Assembly (NCBI GenBank): GCA_951406725.2
Contig: OX597822.1
Coordinates: 98,518,001-98,582,000 of the forward strand
Reading direction: 5' to 3'
Length of the DNA: 64,000 bases
Origin: Octopus vulgaris
Lineage: Eukaryota
The notes under the pieces were generated by a model. It saw only the letters and a list, made by a program, of their open reading frames with translations. It was not told the DNA's origin and searched no databases. Below, piece after piece: positions 13,085 to 24,108 of this stretch (position 1 is its first letter; each line of letters opens with the position of its first letter). A program made the translations under genes and the position numbers.

Positions 13085-13362
13085 ATCGTGACGCATATTT
13101 GCCATTTGAATATGGCTTACCTATAAGGGTGGATGCTACTGTAGTTTGTAGCCCCAGGAAGATATCTCCTCCAGCTGGCTATAGACACACTATCTGTGTC
13201 CTCTCAGTATTTGTGAAGGGGAGTCAGCTGGAGGAGATATCTTCCTGGGGCTACAAACTACAGTAGCATCCACCCTTATGGGTAAGCCATATTCAAATGG
13301 CAAATATGCGTCACGATGTGTTACCGCTACTGTTTATAACTCGCTCTGAGATTTATCATTGT
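13085..13362 (+). mobile_element. (TA)n-embedded foldback mini-element
   Basis: Arms 13085-13180 / 13222-13317 (96 bp, 2 mismatches), a 41-bp loop and a ~45-bp tail. (TA)n on both sides. Confidence 0.85.
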
Positions 13363-13383
13363 TATATATATATATATATATAT

Positions 13384-13598
13384 ATAACATAAGGGACTAA
13401 AGCCATCTGAATATGGCTAGGGAAGTTGCATCTGAATATGGTGTCGAGCCTCTCTGGTGACGTCGATGTTCGCCTGGGGCTAAATGCAACAGTAACACCC
13501 CCACCACCCTGCCCTGTCCCTAGCCATATTCAGATGGCTTTAGTCCCTTATGTTATCGAGCAGTTACTGTCTATATCCCTTTTAGAGAATTATTATTG

Positions 13599-13600
<2 letters not shown>
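13384..13600 (+). mobile_element. (TA)n-embedded foldback mini-element (related subfamily)
   Basis: Perfect 40-bp arms 13384-13423 / 13517-13556. The tail TACTGTCTATA...GAGAATTATTATTGCT resembles the tail at 13328-13362. Confidence 0.85.
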
Positions 13601-13650
<50 letters not shown>

Positions 13651-13696
13651 GTATATATATATATATATGTATGTAAGTGTATGTGTGTGTGTGCGT

Positions 13697-13895
13697 GTTC
13701 GTTCCCCTGCCATTTCTTGACAACAGATGTTGACGTGCTTACGTCGCGGTAACTTAACGGAGCGGCAAAACATGGCGATAAAATAAGTAACCGGGCTAAC
13801 AAAGAATAAGACCCGGGGTCGATTTCGTCGATTAAAACCCTTCAAGGTATTGCTCCAGTATGGCTGCAGTGAAATGATCGAAACAAGTAAAAAAT
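13697..13895 (+). mobile_element. Old SINE type C 3' half
   Basis: Diverged match to the type C tail (AAAGAATAAGACCCGGGGTCGATTT...TGCTCCAGTATGGCTGCAGTGAAATGATCGAAACAAGTAAAA). Confidence 0.7.
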
Positions 13896-14127
13896 TTAAA
13901 GAATATATATATATATTTCCTCATTAGGATGATTAGAATAGTTGTTTAATAATTCGTTTTAGAGTTAGATACTCTTCCGTCAGCGACACACAGACACAAA
14001 CACACACACACACCCTGTAGTGCGAGGAATTTATCTCCTCCATTAGTTTTGGCAGGTTGTCGATTGCATGCTGTGCATCTCTGCCATTAGCTTCCATGTA
14101 ACTAAGTGGTAAAACTCTTATATTTGA

Positions 14128-14532
14128 ATTCTCTTTTATTCTCTTTTACTTGTTTCAGTCATTTGACTGCGGCCATGCTGGAACACCGCTTTTAGTCGAG
14201 CAAATCGACCCTGGGACTTATTCTTTGTAAGCCCAGTACTTATTCTATCGGTCTCTTTTTGCCGAACTGCTAAGTGACGGGGACGTAAACACACCAGCAT
14301 CGGTTGTCAGGCAATGCTAGGGGGACAAACACAGACACACAAGCACACACATATATACATATATATATATACGACAGGCTTCTTTCAGTTTCCATCTACC
14401 AAATCCACTCACAAGGTATTGGTCGGCCCGGGGCTATAGCAGAAGACACTTGCCCAAGATGCCACGCAGTGGGACTGAACCCGGAACCATGTGGCTGGTA
14501 AGCAAGCTACTTACCACACAGCCACTCCTGCG
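14128..14532 (-). mobile_element. tRNA-derived SINE type C
   Basis: Minus-strand head GCAGGAGTGGCTGTGTGGTAAGTAGC...GGGTTCAGTCCC, an internal microsatellite and tail GGCGGTGTTCCAGCATGGCCGCAGTCAAATGACTGAAACAAGTAAAAGAG. Near-identical to copies at 45022, 46998 and 52040. Confidence 0.9.
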
Positions 14533-14766
14533 TAAATGTGTAAATCTTCACAATATACAATCTGATCATGTCTGAAAATGAGCATGATACCCATGGCCAG
14601 TAAAGCTTTCCCTTATTTCAGCAAATACTAGCAGCGATACATAGAATGAATTTATGAATCTCTCGTTGGTTACGCTTTCAGATGTTTCTGGAACCAATGA
14701 GAAAGCCTTGCATACATATGTGCGTTTATGTATATGCATGCATATGCATATATATATATATATATA

Positions 14767-15154
<388 letters not shown>

Positions 15155-16037
15155 CACAAAAGAAAAGTTGTATTTCCACGCAGGAAAAAATATTGGCAAA
15201 TTTGTTGTTGAAAATGCACCTATATTTGCAAAACCTCTAATTGTTTTTAAATATATTTATTTGTCTATATACCAAACTAATATCAACAATATCTGTTTGT
15301 TTATTAATGGTAAAAATTCTAAATTCTGTGTTAGAAAAAGATGTTTAAATGTTTCAATATTTACAAGTTTCAATATGAAATATCTTTTAAGTGTTCATAA
15401 CATTCAATAATATAGAAAATATGGCTTATCTTGTTTACATGCACAAATTTCAATAGTATTAGTAGTGATCGACAAAAAATGTAGTACATCTAAGTTTCAG
15501 ACATACTAAGTTAAGAGGGGGAAAAACAAGGGAAGAATGAAAATAGCAAAAAAAAAAAAAAGGTCTTTGTTTACAGTTTCTGTGATTCTGTTACCGCGGT
15601 GTGCAGGGACTTTCGCTTGTAACGGCATTTTTTGGAATCCATTGTATTTATAATTTTGTTTCCGTGAACGGATCTGATTTTTGATTCGTTAAAGAACTGG
15701 TGACATCTTGTTTTTCTGGTGGTCAAGTTTGCCGTTCTGCCTGGTTGGCTTCCCTGTGCGGAACGGTCACCAGTTGTTTGAACCTCTTAAAGGGTCATTT
15801 TGCTGTATTTCATCACTACGGTTTTGATCGGTCAAATTTCATTGATCTTGAGTTAGGTGACGTAAGCAATTGTTGTTTGTGTGGCGTTATTCTATGGTGA
15901 TTGGGAGTTGCGGTTTCGAAACCCATGTGGAAAACTTACTGAAGTTACTTGAATTATGTCTGTTGTATCTGTTTTTTTTTGTGTGTGGAGAAATTGGGTC
16001 TTTCTCCCTTTTCTCTTTATGTTTTTTTCATCTTCTT

Positions 16038-19000
16038 TCCAAAGAAAATTCAGCTGTTGTTTATATTTTTTAATGAGTATGCTTTCCTTATTTATACGGA
16101 ATTGGGTTGATGTGTTTCCGGGGATTGATAGAGAAGGAAGATTTGATATTTCGGGTTTATGTTATTTTAGTATGATTTGCGTGGCAGGAGGAGAATAGAA
16201 GATATTGGGACCGTTGGTTTGGTTTCAATTTCAGTATCTCTTTTTATGATTAAGATGTCCAGGAAGGGTAATCGCTTGTGGCTGTATCCCATTGTAAACT
16301 AGATATTGTGGTTAATGCTGTTGATTAAGTTTTTATATTTGAGAGTTGCTCAATGTTATGTGGCCACAAAATGTAACAGTCATTCAGGTAGCGTTTCCAG
16401 TTGGTGAGTAAGTATTTTTGGAAGTTGCCCCCAAATTTCAGTCTAGCGTGCTCGTATATTTGATCTTCCAAGTATGCCATGAAAAGGCATTTCCATCGCC
16501 GTGCCTGATTTTTGTCTATAACTCTTAATTTGAAGAAGTTGTTCTGTTGAATGAATTTCATTCCTTCAACGACGAATTCTTTTCCGATTACGTCAGGAAT
16601 GCTATTTGGGAATTTCTCGAGCCAGTATTGTATCGCTATTATTCCGCACCCATGGGAAATCGAGGTGTGGAGGTTTATTACATCGAATGAAACAAAATGG
16701 GAGTCCTTGCCAGTTTGTTCGGAAGATGGTTTTAAAAGTCCAAATCATTCCTTATAAAGTTTGGTATATGTTGGAGAATAATTTCAAGGAGGACGTGAAT
16801 AAAGTTACTGAGTCGTCTGTGAGTCTCACATAAGGGACCGGCCCCAATTGGTCTCAATTTGAGATCTCTCCGGTGTGAAATATCTATGACTACAGAAGTT
16901 GAATTGTTACAGCCTGAGTTTATGGCTTCACTCTTGTGGATTTTGGGAAGTCCATAAATGTTGTTGGTTTTGCAGTCAAATCTAGCCTAGTAATCTCTCT
17001 GCTTTTCCGTTAAATTTTGTTGGAACTGGTGGATAAGTGTAGGATGTTTTGTCACTATTTTGGATTGACTGTAGTTGTTGATTGTCTCGTTGTAGGAGGA
17101 TTAGGGTAGTCTTTATGTATTTTTTATGAGTCCATGATTACTACAACACTTCGTTTATCGGCTTCTTTTATAATCATATTATGATCCTCCTTGAGATCCT
17201 TAAGGATTTTTCAATCTTCTCGATTTGTATTTTTTGAAATCTTCGAGGTGGAAGTAAATTATAGGGATAATCGGATACCAAATCACAAAAGTTATCCAGA
17301 GCTTGATTTGTTCCTTTTGTTACTTTTATTATGAAGTATTGACTCATCATTAGTTTCTTTATCCAATAGTTCTTCAGTGACTCGAAGTTTTCTGCAGAAT
17401 TCCTGGATATCGTTTTGTATATCATTTAGGTTCGATCTTTGTGTTGGAGTGAATTTCAGTCCTTTTGGGAGAATTTTGATTTGTTGGTTGAAAGGGTTTT
17501 AAGTGAGAGATTTATCACCTTCGGGATTTCACATTTGATTGGTGCTACCGAGTGTCCAGGTTCTGGCCCAGTTTGCCTAAAAAATGGTTTCTTGGGTTTT
17601 GATATAAGGAATTAGTGCTTTTGTTGATTGTACTTCCGTTGACCCTTGATTTATTGTCGGTTCTTCATTGTGGTCGGCTCTGAGTGGAGTTGTCGTAACG
17701 GTTATATCTTGTGGTTTTGACGAGGTAGTCATTATGGAAGGTATGTCACGAGCGGGAGAAGTTCTTGCTTCTTCTTTGGTCCTGTTCGAAATTTTCATTA
17801 TGTGAGATGTGTCTCGGACGTGGGGAGTTCTTATTTCTTGTATAGTCCCGCCCGAAAGAGTTTTTCACGAAGATGTTACGTCTGGAACGTGGAGGAATTT
17901 CGGTGTGAGAAGGATTTCTGTAACTTTGAGTGGGGGGGGGGTTGTCTTGCGATGAGGGGTGCATTGGAATTACCCATTTTGTGTTTTCGCTGAGTATTTG
18001 GAACCCTGCAGAGGGTATTGGTTATTCTTGCTTCTGGATGGACATTCGGTTATTGTTCTAGTAGCGACTTTTTTGCGGTTGTGTGGAGTTCGTAATTTTT
18101 AGTTTTTTTTTTCAAGAAAGGGTTATCAGATTAGTATTTCTCCTTGAATGTTTCCCAATAAGACTCCGCCGGTTACGACGACGAGGGTCCCAGCTGATAC
18201 GATCAACAGAATAGCTTGCTCGTGAAATTAACGTGCAAATGGCTGAGCATTCCACAGACACGTGTACCCTTAACGTAGTTCTCGGGGATAATCAGCGTGA
18301 CACAGAGAGTGACAAGGCTGACCCTTTGAAATACAAGTACAACTCATTTTTGCCAGCTGAGTGGACCGGAGCAACGTGAAATAAAGTGTCTTTCTCAAGG
18401 ACACAACGCGTCGCCGGGAATCGAACTCACAACCTTACGGTCATGAGCCGAATGCCCTAACCACTAAGCCACGCGCCCAATAGGGATTGAACCAATCATT
18501 GTTTATTTCCCATCTTTGAAGTGAGGTTATTTCCGCGTTTTCACAATTCTGCTCCAGTGTAGAACTGTATTGTTAAAAAGTTCCCTTGAACACATTTGCG
18601 TGATTTCAGTCTCCATTTCTTCATCAACTGAGGTAATTTTTAGTTGGTCTATCTCCATTTTGAAGCGCTCCAGAACCATTTTTTCCTTAAGTTTTCTCCG
18701 TTTTGGTGGTTCGTCGGGGATGGCTTTAATTTGTAGCTTTCTGGGGAAAATATAAAAAGGTTGAATTGAGCCATCCCTCATATATCTCTGCTTTATTGGG
18801 ATTGCTGATCATGTTCCAGAAAGCGAAGTTACAGTTTTATAATTTTTGACCCATAGTTGAACTATAGCTTTCTTGATATCGGAAGGCTGTTGACAGCTGA
18901 AGTTATTTTTTTTCCGTTTCAGGATAAGGGTTATTTTAAGATTTATGCATTAGTGAGGTTTCAAATGATTTACAGATTATTTCGAGGGTTTCATTAGTTT

Positions 19001-19163
19001 CTGTCTGTAGGGATCTTCCTTTTTCGAAGCATGTTTCTTTGTAGTTGCAGTGTGATTTGACGAGTTTGTCCATTAGGTGGGTAAGTTTTGAGTTGATGAT
19101 TTGTAGTTCACACAAGATTTTGTCGAGTGTCGTGTTATCTTGTTGTTTGTATTTGGGTGGCAT
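16038..19163 (-). pseudogene. Penelope-like element ORF (N-terminal domain + RT; thumb/GIY-YIG mostly deleted), copy 1
   Basis: Starts MPPKYKQ. Motifs include AFWN...IYEGWLN/FPRKLQIKAIPDEP, KVINLS, KGLKFTPT, IIKEADKRSVVVIM, IYGLPKIHK, FMAYLE, WKRYLND (RYxDD), LPFLDILI, KPT and YLLFSSCH, followed by RINKESILIKKYKQQLN. Multiple frameshifts and stops. Confidence 0.9.
18162..18477 (-). mobile_element. tRNA/CORE-like SINE (type D head, type B tail) inserted in the PLE; duplicated at 22198-22513 and 26231-26546
   Basis: Head GGCGCGTGGCTTAGTGGTTAGG...GAGTTCGATTCCC, CORE-like GTGTCCTTGAGAAAGACACTTTATTTCAC and a type B tail. CCCAATA flanks both ends. Confidence 0.85.
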
Positions 19164-20073
19164 TTTCGTTCCTTGCATAGAAGATTTATAACAAAAGAGC
19201 AGGTGCATTTCCACGTAAGAAAAAATATAGGCAAATTTGTTGTTGAAAATGCAGCTATATTTGCAAAACCTCTAATTGTTTTTAAATATATTTATTTGTC
19301 TATATACCAAACTAATATCAACAATATTTGTTTGTTTATTAATAGTAAACATTTTAAATTCTTTGTTAGAAAAAGATGTTTAAAAGTTTCAATATTTACA
19401 AGTTTCAATAATATGAAATGTCTTTTAAATGTTCGTAACATTTAATAATATAAAATATGTGGATACTCTTGTTTAAAATGCACAAATTTCAATAGTATTA
19501 GTAGTGATCGACAAAAAATGTAGATCATCAAAGTTTTAGTTTTACTAAGTTAAGAGGGACAAAAACAAGGGAAGAATGAAAATAGCAAAAAAAAAAAGGT
19601 CTTTGTTTAGAGTTTCTGTGATTCTGTTACCGTGGTGTGCAGGGACTTTCGCTTGTAACGGCATTTTTTGGAATCCATTGTATTTATAATTTTGTTTCCG
19701 TGAACGGATCTGATTTTTGATTCGTTAAAGAACTGGTGACATCTTGTTTTTCTGGTGGTCAAGTTTGCCGTTCTGCCTGGTTGGCTTCCCTGTGCGGAAC
19801 GGTCACCAGTTGTTTGAACCTCTTAAAGGGTCATTTTGCTGTATTTCATCACTACGGTTTTGATCGGTCAAATTTCATTGATCTTGAGTTAGGTGACGTA
19901 AGCAATTGTTGTTTGTGTGGCGTTATTCTATGGTGATTGGGAGTTGCGGTTTCGAAACCCATGTGGAAAACTTACTGAAGTTACTTGAATTATGTCTGTT
20001 GTATCTGTTTTTTTTTGTGTGTGGAGAAATTGGGTCTTTCTCCCTTTTCTCTTTATGTTTTTTTCATCTTCTT

Positions 20074-23000
20074 TCCAAAGAAAATTCAGCTGTTGTTTAT
20101 ATTTTTTAATGAGTATGCTTTCCTTATTTATACGGAATTGGGTTGATGTGTTTCCGGGGATTGATAGAGAAGGAAGATTTGATATTTCGGGTTTATGTTA
20201 TTTTAGTATGATTTGCGTGGCAGGAGGAGAATAGAAGATATTGGGACCGTTGGTTTGGTTTCAATTTCAGTATCTCTTTTTATGATTAAGATGTCCAGGA
20301 AGGGTAATCGCTTGTGGCTGTATCCCATTGTAAACTAGATATTGTGGTTAATGCTGTTGATTAAGTTTTTATATTTGAGAGTTGCTCAATGTTATGTGGC
20401 CACAAAATGTAACAGTCATTCAGGTAGCGTTTCCAGTTGGTGAGTAAGTATTTTTGGAAGTTGCCCCCAAATTTCAGTCTAGCGTGCTCGTATATTTGAT
20501 CTTCCAAGTATGCCATGAAAAGGCATTTCCATCGCCGTGCCTGATTTTTGTCTATAACTCTTAATTTGAAGAAGTTGTTCTGTTGAATGAATTTCATTCC
20601 TTCAACGACGAATTCTTTTCCGATTACGTCAGGAATGCTATTTGGGAATTTCTCGAGCCAGTATTGTATCGCTATTATTCCGCACCCATGGGAAATCGAG
20701 GTGTGGAGGTTTATTACATCGAATGAAACAAAATGGGAGTCCTTGCCAGTTTGTTCGGAAGATGGTTTTAAAAGTCCAAATCATTCCTTATAAAGTTTGG
20801 TATATGTTGGAGAATAATTTCAAGGAGGACGTGAATAAAGTTACTGAGTCGTCTGTGAGTCTCACATAAGGGACCGGCCCCAATTGGTCTCAATTTGAGA
20901 TCTCTCCGGTGTGAAATATCTATGACTACAGAAGTTGAATTGTTACAGCCTGAGTTTATGGCTTCACTCTTGTGGATTTTGGGAAGTCCATAAATGTTGT
21001 TGGTTTTGCAGTCAAATCTAGCCTAGTAATCTCTCTGCTTTTCCGTTAAATTTTGTTGGAACTGGTGGATAAGTGTAGGATGTTTTGTCACTATTTTGGA
21101 TTGACTGTAGTTGTTGATTGTCTCGTTGTAGGAGGATTAGGGTAGTCTTTATGTATTTTTTATGAGTCCATGATTACTACAACACTTCGTTTATCGGCTT
21201 CTTTTATAATCATATTATGATCCTCCTTGAGATCCTTAAGGATTTTTCAATCTTCTCGATTTGTATTTTTTGAAATCTTCGAGGTGGAAGTAAATTATAG
21301 GGATAATCGGATACCAAATCACAAAAGTTATCCAGAGCTTGATTTGTTCCTTTTGTTACTTTTATTATGAAGTATTGACTCATCATTAGTTTCTTTATCC
21401 AATAGTTCTTCAGTGACTCGAAGTTTTCTGCAGAATTCCTGGATATCGTTTTGTATATCATTTAGGTTCGATCTTTGTGTTGGAGTGAATTTCAGTCCTT
21501 TTGGGAGAATTTTGATTTGTTGGTTGAAAGGGTTTTAAGTGAGAGATTTATCACCTTCGGGATTTCACATTTGATTGGTGCTACCGAGTGTCCAGGTTCT
21601 GGCCCAGTTTGCCTAAAAAATGGTTTCTTGGGTTTTGATATAAGGAATTAGTGCTTTTGTTGATTGTACTTCCGTTGACCCTTGATTTATTGTCGGTTCT
21701 TCATTGTGGTCGGCTCTGAGTGGAGTTGTCGTAACGGTTATATCTTGTGGTTTTGACGAGGTAGTCATTATGGAAGGTATGTCACGAGCGGGAGAAGTTC
21801 TTGCTTCTTCTTTGGTCCTGTTCGAAATTTTCATTATGTGAGATGTGTCTCGGACGTGGGGAGTTCTTATTTCTCGTATAGTCCCGCCCGAAAGAGTTTT
21901 TCACGAAGATGTTACGTCTGGAACGTGGAGGAATTTCGGTGTGAGAAGGATTTCTGTAACTTTGAGTGGGGGGGGGGGTTGTCTTGCGATGAGGGGTGCA
22001 TTGGAATTACCCATTTTGTGTTTTCGCTGAGTATTTGGAACCCTGCAGAGGGTATTGGTTATTCTTGCTTCTGGATGGACATTCGGTTATTGTTCTAGTA
22101 GCGACTTTTTTGCGGTTGTGTGGAGTTCGTAATTTTTAGTTTTTTTTTCAAGAAAGGGTTATCAGATTAGTATTTCTCCTTGAATGTTTCCCAATAAGAC
22201 TCCGCCGGTTACGACGACGAGGGTCCCAGCTGATACGATCAACAGAATAGCTTGCTCGTGAAATTAACGTGCAAATGGCTGAGCATTCCACAGACACGTG
22301 TACCCTTAACGTAGTTCTCGGGGATAATCAGCGTGACACAGAGAGTGACAAGGCTGACCCTTTGAAATACAAGTACAACTCATTTTTGCCAGCTGAGTGG
22401 ACCGGAGCAACGTGAAATAAAGTGTCTTTCTCAAGGACACAACGCGTCGCCGGGAATCGAACTCACAACCTTACGGTCATGAGCCGAATGCCCTAACCAC
22501 TAAGCCACGCGCCCAATAGGGATTGAACCAATCATTGTTTATTTCCCATCTTTGAAGTGAGGTTATTTCCGCGTTTTCACAATTCTGCTCCAGTGTAGAA
22601 CTGTATTGTTAAAAAGTTCCCTTGAACACATTTGCGCGATTTCAGTCTCCATTTCTTCATCAACTGAGGTAATTTTTAGTTGGTCTATCTCCATTTTGAA
22701 GCGCTCCAGAACCATTTTTTCCTTAAGTTTTCTCCGTTTTGGTGGTTCGTCGGGGATGGCTTTAATTTGTAGCTTTCTGGGGAAAATATAAAAAGGTTGA
22801 ATTGAGCCATCCCTCATATATCTCTGCTTTATTGGGATTGCTGATCATGTTCCAGAAAGCGAAGTTACAGTTTTATAATTTTTGACCCATAGTTGAACTA
22901 TAGCTTTCTTGATATCGGAAGGCTGTTGACAGCTGAAGTTATTTTTTTTCCGTTTCAGGATAAGGGTTATTTTAAGATTTATGCATTAGTGAGGTTTCAA

Positions 23001-23199
23001 ATGATTTACAGATTATTTCGAGGGTTTCATTAGTTTCTGTCTGTAGGGATCTTCCTTTTTCGAAGCATGTTTCTTTGTAGTTGCAGTGTGATTTGACGAG
23101 TTTGTCCATTAGGTGGGTAAGTTTTGAGTTGATGATTTGTAGTTCACACAAGATTTTGTCGAGTGTCGTGTTATCTTGTTGTTTGTATTTGGGTGGCAT
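20074..23199 (-). pseudogene. Penelope-like element ORF, copy 2
   Basis: Same sequence and same lesions as copy 1, offset +4036. Confidence 0.9.
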
Positions 23200-24108
23200 T
23201 TTCGTTCCTTGCATAGAAGATTTATAACAAAAGAGCAGGTGCATTTCCACGTAAGAAAAAATATAGGCAAATTTGTTGTTGAAAATGCAGCTATATTTGC
23301 AAAACCTCTAATTGTTTTTAAATATATTTATTTGTCTATATACCAAACTAATATCAACAATATTTGTTTGTTTATTAATAGTAAACATTTTAAATTCTTT
23401 GTTAGAAAAAGATGTTTAAAAGTTTCAATATTTACAAGTTTCAATAATATGAAATGTCTTTTAAATGTTCGTAACATTTAATAATATAAAATATGTGGAT
23501 ACTCTTGTTTAAAATGCACAAATTTCAATAGTATTAGTAGTGATCGACAAAAAATGTAGATCATCAAAGTTTTAGTTTTACTAAGTTAAGAGGGACAAAA
23601 ACAAGGGAAGAATGAAAATAGCAAAAAAAAAAAGGTCTTTGTTTAGAGTTTCTGTGATTCTGTTACCGTGGTGTGCAGGGACTTTCGCTTGTAACGGCAT
23701 TTTTTGGAATCCATTGTATTTATAATTTTGTTTCCGTGAACGGATCTGATTTTTGATTCGTTAAAGAACTGGTGACATCTTGTTTTTCTGGTGGTCAAGT
23801 TTGCCGTTCTGCCTGGTTGGCTTCCCTGTGCGGAACGGTCACCAGTTGTTTGAACCTCTTAAAGGGTCATTTTGCTGTATTTCATCACTACGGTTTTGAT
23901 CGGTCAAATTTCATTGATCTTGAGTTAGGTGACGTAAGCAATTGTTGTTTGTGTGGCGTTATTCTATGGTGATTGGGAGTTGCGGTTTCGAAACCCATGT
24001 GGAAAACTTACTGAAGTTACTTGAATTATGTCTGTTGTATCTGTTTTTTTTGTGTGTGGAGAAATTGGGTCTTTCTCCCTTTTCTCTTTATGTTTTTTTC
24101 ATCTTCTT

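Noticed and set aside
13424-13490. HDV-like ribozyme (GTTGCAT/ATGCAAC as P2, CTAA as J4/2)
   Set aside because: No P1/P3/L3 nested pseudoknot could be built, the pairing is absent in the sister copies, and it is better explained as an inverted templated fragment.
15156-15700. Hammerhead in the terminal repeat of the arrayed PLE
   Set aside because: Only isolated TTGATGA and GAAAC-like strings on the minus strand, with no consistent stems found by eye.
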